A DNA stretch of 64,000 nt from the NCBI GenBank assembly GCA_002449145.1, contig DKCG01000024.1, positions 14,266-78,265 on the forward strand, written 5' to 3'. The DNA comes from Christensenella sp. UBA6880 (GTDB taxonomy: Bacteria; Bacillota; Clostridia; Christensenellales; CAG-917). How positions within the stretch are numbered: position 1 is the stretch's first letter; every line of letters begins with the position of its first letter. Below the pieces are notes generated by a model that saw only the letters and a program-made list of their open reading frames with translations, was not told where the DNA came from and searched no databases. Shown here piece after piece: positions 1 to 6,522 of the stretch. Position numbers and translations under genes: made by a program.

Positions 1-393
1 GAGATTATCAAACGCGAAGGGCTTGTCGAGGACATTCAAAACAAGTTTAGAATCGTGGTGTGCGGGCCGACCACGATTGCGGCGTTGCTCAATAGTTTGC
101 AAATGGGATTCAGAAGCGTCGCAATCGAAAAACGAAGCACCGAAATTGGCAAACTTTTGCAAGGATTTATGAGCGATTTTGCGCTGTTCACGAAGTACTT
201 AAAGCAGACGGGCGACCGTTTGGACACCGTGAAAAAGTCGCTTGAAAACGCCGAAGAACGTACGAGAATCATCGGCAAAAAACTCAACAAAGTCAACAGC
301 CTTTCCGACGAGAAAGGACCTGATATGGAACAACTTATAGCGTCGTCTACAGATGACGAAATCACGTTTGAGGGCGGAACGTATGAAGGCTGA
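1..393 (+). CDS. rmuC: DNA recombination protein RmuC, C-terminal part (5' end outside window)
   Basis: Frame 1 is open from nt 1 (EIIKREGLVEDIQNKFRIVVCGPTTIAALLNSLQMGFRSVAIEKRSTEI...). This pattern is typical of the conserved RmuC C-terminal region plus a helical tail. TGA at 391-393. Confidence 0.65.
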   Translation, partial: EIIKREGLVEDIQNKFRIVVCGPTTIAALLNSLQMGFRSVAIEKRSTEIGKLLQGFMSDFALFTKYLKQTGDRLDTVKKSLENAEERTRIIGKKLNKVNSLSDEKGPDMEQLIASSTDDEITFEGGTYEG

Positions 394-1171
394 TTTGCAC
401 ATTCACACAAACAAAAGCGACGGCTCTCTCTCGCCCGGAGAAGTCGTGCGCTGGGCAAAAAGCAAGGGCTTGGACGTTATGGCAATCACCGACCACGACA
501 CCGTAGCGGGGCTTGACGAAGGGCGCGACGAGGCGCGGAAAGTCGGCATAAAATTTGTCGACGGAATAGAACTGAGCACCTTTTCAATTTGCGAAATCCA
601 CATTTTAGGATACAATATCGACTACAAAAACCCCGATTTCGTGCAAGAACTGCAAAAAGTGCAGGATATGCGCAAGGATAGAAATATCCGCATAGGTCAA
701 AAACTCAAAGACCTCGGAATCAACGTCGACGTCGACTTTTCGGCAAACGGACTCGGGCGTATGAATATTGCGCGCCAACTCGTGAAAGAAGGGTATTGCA
801 GAGATATTAACGACGCTTTCGACAGATACCTTAAACCCGGGGCAAAAGCGTATTGCGAGGCAAAAAGACTTACGCCCGTCGAGGCGGTGAAACTCATAAA
901 AAAATACGGCGGTTTCGCTTCCGTAGCGCACCCGAAAAAATACTTGCTCGACAAACGCCTCGATATGTTGCTCGGCGGTCTTAAACAATTCGGACTCGAC
1001 GGAATGGAACTCAACTATCCCTCGCACAACGAACAGGACAAAAAGAACTTTGCCGCACTTATGGAAAAGCACCGCTTGTTGCCTACGGGCGGAAGCGATT
1101 TCCACGGCGACGAGGACAAGAACTTCGTCTACGACCTCGACCAAAGAACGGCAAGAAGATTGCACGTTTAG
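383..1171 (+). CDS. PHP-domain metal-dependent phosphoesterase (TrpH/YciV-like)
   Basis: MKADLHIHTNKSDGS, ITDHDTVAGL, VAHP and GGSDFHG are PHP His/Asp ligand motifs. ATG 383 is preceded by GAGGG; the ORF-track start at 353 lacks an SD. Confidence 0.8.
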   Translation: MKADLHIHTNKSDGSLSPGEVVRWAKSKGLDVMAITDHDTVAGLDEGRDEARKVGIKFVDGIELSTFSICEIHILGYNIDYKNPDFVQELQKVQDMRKDRNIRIGQKLKDLGINVDVDFSANGLGRMNIARQLVKEGYCRDINDAFDRYLKPGAKAYCEAKRLTPVEAVKLIKKYGGFASVAHPKKYLLDKRLDMLLGGLKQFGLDGMELNYPSHNEQDKKNFAALMEKHRLLPTGGSDFHGDEDKNFVYDLDQRTARRLHV

Positions 1172-1201
1172 CAGAGATTTTCTGCCAAACACGCAATCAA
1201 C

Positions 1202-1290
1202 TATATCGTTGCTTTCGCAACGGTGAGATTCTCGCTTTGCGAGAGTGAAATTGTGACTTGCGTCACAATGAAATTGCGGCTTTGCCGCAG
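1202..1290. repeat. Tandem array of ~22-nt units: TGAAAT-like box plus a variable 5-bp-stem mini-hairpin
   Basis: Successive units have stems GTTGC/GCAAC, CTCGC/GCGAG, GTGAC/GTCAC and GCGGC/GCCGC. TGAGAT/TGAAAT boxes lie at 1224, 1246 and 1269. Confidence 0.7.
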
Positions 1291-1380
1291 TTGCGGATGA
1301 TTTGAAATCAATTCTTCAGTTTGTCCTTGCGAGGAATAACGAATATTGCGACGTGTAGGTCAAGGCGAAGCCACATTACG

Positions 1381-1438
1381 CTACGCTAGATTCCCACGCT
1401 TACGCTCGGAATGACGAAATGGTGGGACACCCACACCC
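1381..1438. repeat. Dispersed intergenic element, copy 1 (35-nt box plus bulged GGGYGGG..CCCRCACCC hairpin)
   Basis: ctacgctagattcccacgcttacgctcggaatgac matches 4869-4903 at 33/35 positions. ggtgggacacccacaccc is related to 4908-4926, 55669-55689 and 57386-57409. Confidence 0.7.
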
Positions 1439-1548
1439 GATTGTGACTTGCGACACAGCGATATTGCGGCTTTGCCGCAGTGAAATTCTCGCTGTGCGAG
1501 AGTGAAATCCTCACTGCGTTCGGGTGAAATCCACGCTGTGCGTGGGTT
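1437..1548. repeat. Second tandem array of 22-nt TGAAAT mini-hairpin units (exact 22-nt period)
   Basis: Boxes sit at 1459, 1481, 1503 and 1525 (period 22). Stems are GCGGC/GCCGC, CTCGC/GCGAG and CACGC/GCGTG. Several units repeat those of 1202-1290 in permuted order. Confidence 0.7.
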
Positions 1549-1629
1549 GAGGAAGATTTAGATGTCCTAAATGCAATTAACCAACAGAGTTAACGCCGTA
1601 GTTGAGGAATATTCAAATATGTAATCAAA

Positions 1630-1682
1630 AATAACCCCTAACGCTGGCAACGCCGCAGTTAGGGGTTATTTGAATTTTTTTT
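1630..1682. terminator. Bidirectional intrinsic terminator between PHP gene and copA
   Basis: 13-bp stem aataacccctaac / gttaggggttatt, flanked by an A-run upstream and a T-run downstream. Confidence 0.7.
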
Positions 1683-1743
1683 GCTTGATTTTTGCTTGAT
1701 TTTTTCGTTTGTTATTTTGCCTTATTTACGTCGTTATTCCGCG

Positions 1744-4431
1744 TTATTTTATGCCTTTTACGTCGTAGCCGGCGTTCTCGACGGCGGACTTCAAGACGGA
1801 ATCGTCTACGTTCGTCGCAAGCGTGACTACCGCGTTTTTATCGTCGAGCGATACCTCGACGTCCGTTACGCCGCTTACCTTTGAAAGTGCGTCCTTGACG
1901 TGCTTTACGCAGTGCATACACATCATTCCTTCGATTGAAATCGTTTTTTGCATAGTGTTTCCTTCCTTTTGATTATTTTGTGCCGAATTTGTTTGATTTG
2001 CGCTTGCAATATCGCCGTTTGCGACTTCGCCGCATGCTTCGTTTGCCGCTTGATTTTCTGCGCCCGAAACGTTGATATTTTGCGGGTTTTCGGCAGTTAT
2101 AGTTTGAGTTTGTTCGCTGTCTTTATGCGCGGATTCGTTTGATTTTACCGCTTGTATAACCTCATTCACGTCAAAGTTTACGGGCGGTTTTTTGCGCTTG
2201 GTGTGCTTGTTTAAATTGACGAGGTTGAGTCTCAATGCGTTTAGCACCACGCATACGCTGGAAAGGCTCATCGCGCCTGCGGCAATCATAGGATTGAGCG
2301 TGACGTTTATCGGGTCGAAAGACAGCACGCCAGCCGCAATCGGTATGCAAATGACGTTGTATATGAACGCCCAGAACAGGTTTTCTTTTATGTTGAGAAG
2401 GGTGCGCCTCGAAAGGGTGACGGCTTTTGCCACGTCCGAAAGGCTCGACTTCATAAGCACGACGTCCGCGCTGTCTATGGCGATGTCCGTGCCTGCGCCG
2501 ATTGCTATGCCGACGTCCGCGCGAGAGAGGGCGGGCGCGTCGTTGATTCCGTCGCCGACCATAACGACTTTGCCGTACTTTTTGAGGGAAGATATCACGC
2601 GGTCTTTGTCTTGCGGCAATACGTCGGAAATGACCGCGTCTATGTTACACTCGTCTGCAATGGCTTTTGCGCTGAGCGAGTTGTCGCCCGTGAGCATAAC
2701 CACGCGCAAACCTTGCTTTTTGAGGGTGGAAATTGCTTGCGCGCTGTCGGGTTTTATCTCGTCCGCAACCGCAATCACGCCCGCTATTTTGCCGTCGAGA
2801 GCGAAGTAAAGCGGCGTTTTGCCTTGCTTCGAAAATGCGTTTGCAACGTCTTGCGCCTCGTCCGTAAGCAAGGAATTCTCACGCATTAACGAGGCGTTGC
2901 CGATGAGTGCGTCGAGTCCGTCGAGAGTGCCTTTTATGCCGTGTCCCGACAAGTTTTGAAAGTTGTCGGCGGCAGGAATTTCGCCGTTTGAAATCTCTTT
3001 TGCGCGGTTGACGATTGCCGAAGCGATGGGGTGTTCGCTTCCCGATTCCAGCCTTGCGGCAAGCAAAATCAAGTCGTTTTGTCCGATCGTTCCGAGCGAC
3101 TTTACGTCGGTTACGACGGGCGTTCCTTTGGTTATCGTGCCCGTCTTGTCAAGCACGATTATATCCGTTTTGCCCGCTTCTTCGAGGGCGGTTGCGGTCT
3201 TGAAAAGCACGCCCGCTTTTGCGCCTTTTCCGTTGCCTACCATAATCGCGACGGGGGTTGCGAGACCGAGCGCGCAAGGGCAACTTATGACCAAAACGCT
3301 GATTGCGTGTTTGAGGGATTGTTCGACGTCTTTGGTGATTGAAATCCAGACTATGAAAACGAGCAAAGCAACCAAAATGACGGTTGGTACGAATATTCCC
3401 GACACTTTATCTGCCGTTTTTGCAATCGGGGCTTTCGACGCGGACGCGTCCTCGACGAGTTTTACTATGCCCGAAAGGGTGGTGTTTTCGCCCACTTTTT
3501 GCGCTCTTACGGTTACGAATCCGTTGAGGTTGGTAGTGCCCGAAATGACGCTCGAACCCTCGCTCTTGTCAACGGGCATACTCTCGCCCGTGACGGACGA
3601 TTCGTTGACAGTCGTTTCGCCGCTCACTATCACGCCGTCGGCGGCGAAGTTCTCGCCCGGGCGCACCGTGAACAAGTCGTCCACGCTCAAATCGGATACG
3701 GGGATTTCCGTTTCGATTCCGTCTTTAAGCACTCGCACCGTCTTGGGCGCAAGATTCATAAGTCCTTTGATTGCGGAAGTGGTTTTGCCTTTGCTGTACG
3801 CTTCCAAAGTTTTGCCGAGCGTTATGAGCGCGAGTATCATCGCCGCCGACTCGAAGTACAAGTTGTGCGCGAGGTGGTGAAGATGCTCGGGGTGTACGCC
3901 CGCTTGTATCATAAGCGCGACGCTGTATACGAAGGATATTGCGCTGCCCATCGATACGAGCGTGTCCATATTCGGCGCGCGGTGGATAAGGCTCTTTGTG
4001 CCGCTCACGAAAAACTTGCCGTTGACAACCATAATCACGAGCGACAGCACGAGTTCGTATACGGCAATCGCCATCGGGTCGTCCTTGAACGACAGCGGCC
4101 AGTCCCACATAACCACGCCCATCGAAACGTACATAAGTGGCAAGAGCAGTGCGATAGAAATCGCAAGGCGAATCACCATAACGAGTATGGGATTCATTTT
4201 GTCTTTCTTTTCGGATTTGTCGCTCGCGAGGGCGGCTTTGTAACCCGCTTCCGCCACCGCTTTGCATATGTCTTTTGCCGTGAGCGGTGCGTCGTACTCG
4301 ACGAGCATAGAGTTGGTCAAAAGACTTACGCTTACGCTCTTTACGCCGTCGAGCGCGCCCACGACTTTCTCGACTCTCGCCGAGCAAGCCGAACACGACA
4401 TTCCCGATACGTTGAATTTTTGTTTTTCCAT
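1744..4431 (-). CDS. copA: Copper-translocating P1B-type ATPase with N-terminal and extra C-terminal HMA domains
   Basis: 895 aa. Motifs: GMSCSACSARVE (HMA), CPC, DKTGT and GDGINDAP. A second HMA (GMMCMHCVKHV) follows a Q/N-rich linker at the C-terminus. Confidence 0.9.
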   Translation of the reverse strand: MEKQKFNVSGMSCSACSARVEKVVGALDGVKSVSVSLLTNSMLVEYDAPLTAKDICKAVAEAGYKAALASDKSEKKDKMNPILVMVIRLAISIALLLPLMYVSMGVVMWDWPLSFKDDPMAIAVYELVLSLVIMVVNGKFFVSGTKSLIHRAPNMDTLVSMGSAISFVYSVALMIQAGVHPEHLHHLAHNLYFESAAMILALITLGKTLEAYSKGKTTSAIKGLMNLAPKTVRVLKDGIETEIPVSDLSVDDLFTVRPGENFAADGVIVSGETTVNESSVTGESMPVDKSEGSSVISGTTNLNGFVTVRAQKVGENTTLSGIVKLVEDASASKAPIAKTADKVSGIFVPTVILVALLVFIVWISITKDVEQSLKHAISVLVISCPCALGLATPVAIMVGNGKGAKAGVLFKTATALEEAGKTDIIVLDKTGTITKGTPVVTDVKSLGTIGQNDLILLAARLESGSEHPIASAIVNRAKEISNGEIPAADNFQNLSGHGIKGTLDGLDALIGNASLMRENSLLTDEAQDVANAFSKQGKTPLYFALDGKIAGVIAVADEIKPDSAQAISTLKKQGLRVVMLTGDNSLSAKAIADECNIDAVISDVLPQDKDRVISSLKKYGKVVMVGDGINDAPALSRADVGIAIGAGTDIAIDSADVVLMKSSLSDVAKAVTLSRRTLLNIKENLFWAFIYNVICIPIAAGVLSFDPINVTLNPMIAAGAMSLSSVCVVLNALRLNLVNLNKHTKRKKPPVNFDVNEVIQAVKSNESAHKDSEQTQTITAENPQNINVSGAENQAANEACGEVANGDIASANQTNSAQNNQKEGNTMQKTISIEGMMCMHCVKHVKDALSKVSGVTDVEVSLDDKNAVVTLATNVDDSVLKSAVENAGYDVKGIK

Positions 4432-4441
4432 ACGTCACCTA

Positions 4442-4771
4442 TTATTTCATTTTCTTGATGAGTTCAATCGCTTCGTCGAGAATTTGTACGTTGCCGTCTT
4501 GCACGTTTTCCACCACGCACGTTTTGAGGTGTTCGCCCAGTATCTCGTAGCCGAAACTTTCAAGCGCGCGCTGTACCGCCGACAACTGTATGAGTATGTC
4601 GCCGCAATAGCGATTGTCGTTGAGCATATTTTTGATTCCGCCGAGTTGCCCGATTATGCGATTGAGCCTCGAATTGAGCGATTTCAATTCTTCGTCGCTG
4701 CGGGGCGTGTGCTTTTGATGAGTGCAACACGAGCAACAAGCCGTACATTGTTGTTTTTCGTCGTTTTCCAT
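4442..4771 (-). CDS. csoR: CsoR-family copper-sensing transcriptional repressor
   Basis: 109 aa from ATG 4771 (MENDEKQQCTACCSCCTHQKH...NRYCGDILIQLSAVQRAL), matching the DUF156/CsoR pattern. The stop lies 10 nt upstream of the copA start. The ORF-track N-terminal extension was trimmed. Confidence 0.85.
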   Translation of the reverse strand: MENDEKQQCTACCSCCTHQKHTPRSDEELKSLNSRLNRIIGQLGGIKNMLNDNRYCGDILIQLSAVQRALESFGYEILGEHLKTCVVENVQDGNVQILDEAIELIKKMK

Positions 4772-4783
4772 TGTGTACCTCGT

Positions 4784-4800
4784 ATACCCTATGGGGGTAT
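4784..4800 (-). promoter_or_regulatory. Putative CsoR operator
   Basis: ATACCCTATGGGGGTAT is a GC-rich pseudo-palindrome of the TACCC-N-GGGGTA type known from the B. subtilis copZA operator. It lies immediately downstream of the -10. Confidence 0.6.
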
Positions 4801-4804
4801 ATTG

Positions 4805-4833
4805 AGTATAAATCCGCATAGCGCGATAGTCAA
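4805..4833 (-). promoter_or_regulatory. SigA-type promoter of csoR-copA
   Basis: On the minus strand: TTGACT (4833-4828), 17-nt spacer, TATACT (4810-4805). Confidence 0.6.
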
Positions 4834-4868
4834 CGGAATTTCGGAATTTTTTGAAAAAAAACATTTCG

Positions 4869-4970
4869 CTACGCTGGATTCCCACGCTTATGCTCGGAAT
4901 GACAAGAGGGCGGGAACACCCGCACCTGATTTGCAATTTCGCTGCGCTGGATTGCCACGTCACAATTTCA
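4869..4970. repeat. Dispersed intergenic element, copy 2, plus partial third box and inverted TGAAAT unit
   Basis: The 35-nt box is at 4869-4903 and the hairpin gggcgggaacacccgcacc at 4908-4926. A partial box ctgcgctggattgccacg is at 4942-4959. gtcacaatttca (4959-4970) is the reverse complement of tgaaattgtgac at 1246-1257. Confidence 0.65.
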
Positions 4971-5112
4971 TTGTTCCTCGCAATGATATAAGGAAAAACG
5001 CGCCTATTGTGCGCTGTCGAGCAAATAAGTTGTTTAAATTACCGTTTGAGCAATGTTGTATAGCGTTTGCATTACATTTGCATTAAAAATGCGCACAAAG
5101 TGTCAAAATGTA

Positions 5113-5141
5113 TTGACAATGTGTGTATAATGTGATACATT
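5113..5141 (+). promoter_or_regulatory. Possible promoter of the toxin-antitoxin operon
   Basis: TTGACA (5113-5118), 17 nt, TACATT (5136-5141). A TATAAT at 5126-5131 is too close to the -35. The palindrome tgcattaaaaatgca lies upstream. Confidence 0.3.
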
Positions 5142-5170
5142 TTGCATAGAATATAGAAGGAGGAAGGCTT

Positions 5171-5443
5171 ATGGCGAGCAAATCTATTTGCATAAGAACC
5201 GATGAAGAAGTAAAAAAAGATGCCGAAGTGCTTTTTGACAGTATGGGTATGTCGTTGTCGACGGCGGTCAACGTCTTTTTGAAACAGGCTATTCGCGTCA
5301 ACGGTATGCCTTTTGAATTGAAAGGATATACCCCCAACGACACCACGAGAGCGGCAATAAAAGAAAGCGACGAAAAAGTCCTTTCGGGCAAAAGCAAAGG
5401 TTATGACGATATTGATAGTCTTAGGTCTGCTTTGGAACTATGA
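5171..5443 (+). CDS. Type II antitoxin, RelB/DinJ family
   Basis: 90 aa. ICIRTDEEVKKDAEVLFDSMGMSLSTAVNVFLKQAIRVNGMPFEL is a typical DinJ ribbon-helix-helix N-terminus. Strong SD GAAGGAGG. Confidence 0.85.
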   Translation: MASKSICIRTDEEVKKDAEVLFDSMGMSLSTAVNVFLKQAIRVNGMPFELKGYTPNDTTRAAIKESDEKVLSGKSKGYDDIDSLRSALEL

Positions 5444-5715
5444 AGTATATCGTTGACTTTACCACGCAGTTCAAAAAGGATATAAAACTTGCAAAAAAGC
5501 AAGGCAAAGACACAGAAAAGATATTTGAAGTGGTCGAAAAACTTGCAAACGACGAAGTTTTGGAAGCAAAATACAAGGACCATAGTTTGACAGGGGATTA
5601 TAAAGATTGCAGAGAATGTCATATCGAGCCGGATTGGCTTTTGATATACAAAAAGTATGAGTCCGAACTGATATTGATGCTTGTCAGAACGGGCAGTCAT
5701 TCGGATTTGTTTTAA
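5440..5715 (+). CDS. yafQ: Type II toxin, YafQ/RelE-family mRNA interferase
   Basis: 91 aa. FKKDIKLAKKQGKD, YKDHSLTGDYKDCRECHIEPDWLLIY and RTGSHSDLF are present. ATGA overlap with the antitoxin stop. Confidence 0.85.
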   Translation: MKYIVDFTTQFKKDIKLAKKQGKDTEKIFEVVEKLANDEVLEAKYKDHSLTGDYKDCRECHIEPDWLLIYKKYESELILMLVRTGSHSDLF

Positions 5716-5745
5716 GATACAAACGTAAAATAAATAGCGTTTCGG

Positions 5746-5775
5746 GCGAGGTGTTGGAAGACGTCTCGCTTTTTT
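5746..5775 (+). terminator. Intrinsic terminator after the TA operon
   Basis: gcgaggtgt..acgtctcgc stem (9 bp including 2 wobble pairs) followed by TTTTTT. Confidence 0.6.
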
Positions 5776-5816
5776 GTTGAAAATTTTTTGAAAAAATTTG
5801 CAAATCGTCCAATAAA

Positions 5817-5860
5817 ACGATTGCTTGGATTGTATATATAATATAAAATATATAAAATAG
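5817..5860 (+). promoter_or_regulatory. Promoter-like module A (TTGCTT-17-TAAAAT) upstream of the four-helix-bundle gene and giant ORF
   Basis: aataaaacgaTTGCTTggattgtatatataatataaaatatataaaa. It closely resembles module B at 27564-27612. Confidence 0.45.
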
Positions 5861-5885
5861 TGCGTGTATGCGCAAGGCAATGATG

Positions 5886-5965
5886 CAATGATATCGCCAA
5901 AGGCGATGATATCACTTCGTGATGATATCGCGCCAAACGGCACGATGATATCCAAACGGTGTTTG
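5886..5965. repeat. Left array of (A/G)ATGATATC boxes separated by mini-hairpins
   Basis: Boxes end at 5895, 5913, 5929 and 5952. Hairpins are cgcc-aaa-ggcg, atcac-ttc-gtgat, cgcgcc-aaac-ggcacg and ccaaac-ggt-gtttgg. Confidence 0.75.
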
Positions 5966-5999
5966 GGTTGCGGAATATCTGAAATGATAGGAGAGGCAA

Positions 6000-6356
6000 G
6001 TGAAAGGTAATATTTTGGTTGAAAAGTCAAAACAGTTTGCCAAAGAGATTGTCTTTACGGCAAAAGAGATACAACAAACTCATAAGGAGTATGCTCTTAC
6101 AGACCAATTGATGAGGTCGGGCACCAGTATCGGTGCAAATATACACGAAGCAAACTATGCACAAGGCAGAGCGGATTTTATATCAAAGCTTGAAATAGCA
6201 TTGAAAGAATGTTATGAAAGCGACTACTGGCTTGAATTGATGACCGAAACAGGTTATTTGGACGAAGCAAAATACAAAAAACTCAACCACGACTGCGGTG
6301 AATTGCGAAAACTGTTGATAACGTCTTGCACGACGGCAAAAGCGAATAAAGTGTAA
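6000..6356 (+). CDS. Four-helix-bundle protein (23S rRNA intervening-sequence protein / Avd family)
   Basis: 118 aa, GTG start with SD GGAGAGG. RSGTSIGANIHEANYAQGRADFISKLEIALKECYESDYWLEL is the family signature. Confidence 0.8.
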   Translation: MKGNILVEKSKQFAKEIVFTAKEIQQTHKEYALTDQLMRSGTSIGANIHEANYAQGRADFISKLEIALKECYESDYWLELMTETGYLDEAKYKKLNHDCGELRKLLITSCTTAKANKV

Positions 6357-6380
6357 TTATTCCACAATCAGAGTGAAGCG

Positions 6381-6505
6381 AGGATATCATCCGAACGAAG
6401 AGAAGGATATCAACCGAGCAACGGCGAGGATATCATCCACATAGTGGATATCATTGTGCAAAAGGCACAAGAGAAGCCAAAGGCGAACGAAGTGCCAAAG
6501 GCACA
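6381..6505. repeat. Right array of GATATCAT(C/T) boxes (inverted orientation) plus mini-hairpins
   Basis: GATATC occurs at 6383, 6406, 6429 and 6447, and each box is the reverse complement of the left-array box. It is followed by hairpins gtgc-aaaa-ggcac, gcc-aaa-ggc and gtgcc-aaa-ggcac. Confidence 0.75.
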
Positions 6506-6522
6506 TAAATACGGAGAGTAAG

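Noticed and set aside
1202-1548. Could the regularly spaced repeat arrays be CRISPR?
   Set aside because: The period is only 22 nt and the constant part is about 7 nt. The variable parts are self-complementary 13-14-mers rather than unique spacers. No cas genes are present.
5401-6030. 209-aa minus-strand ORF across yafQ and the intergenic arrays.
   Set aside because: It is antisense to the well-supported toxin gene and runs through the terminator and hairpin arrays. Its sequence is hydrophobic and low-complexity with no homology pattern.
6000-6356. Diversity-generating retroelement, because the four-helix-bundle protein belongs to the Avd family and sits next to a huge surface protein.
   Set aside because: There is no reverse transcriptase ORF on either strand. 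I could see no template/variable repeat pair with adenine-specific mismatches. The giant protein ends without a C-type-lectin-like variable region.
6356-6522. c-di-GMP riboswitch upstream of the giant adhesin, as in some clostridial adhesin genes.
   Set aside because: There are only superficial GCAAA/GCCAAAGG strings, which belong to the mini-hairpin array. The conserved GGACGCAAAGCC-type core of GEMM-I is absent. I cannot exclude other classes without a covariance-model scan.
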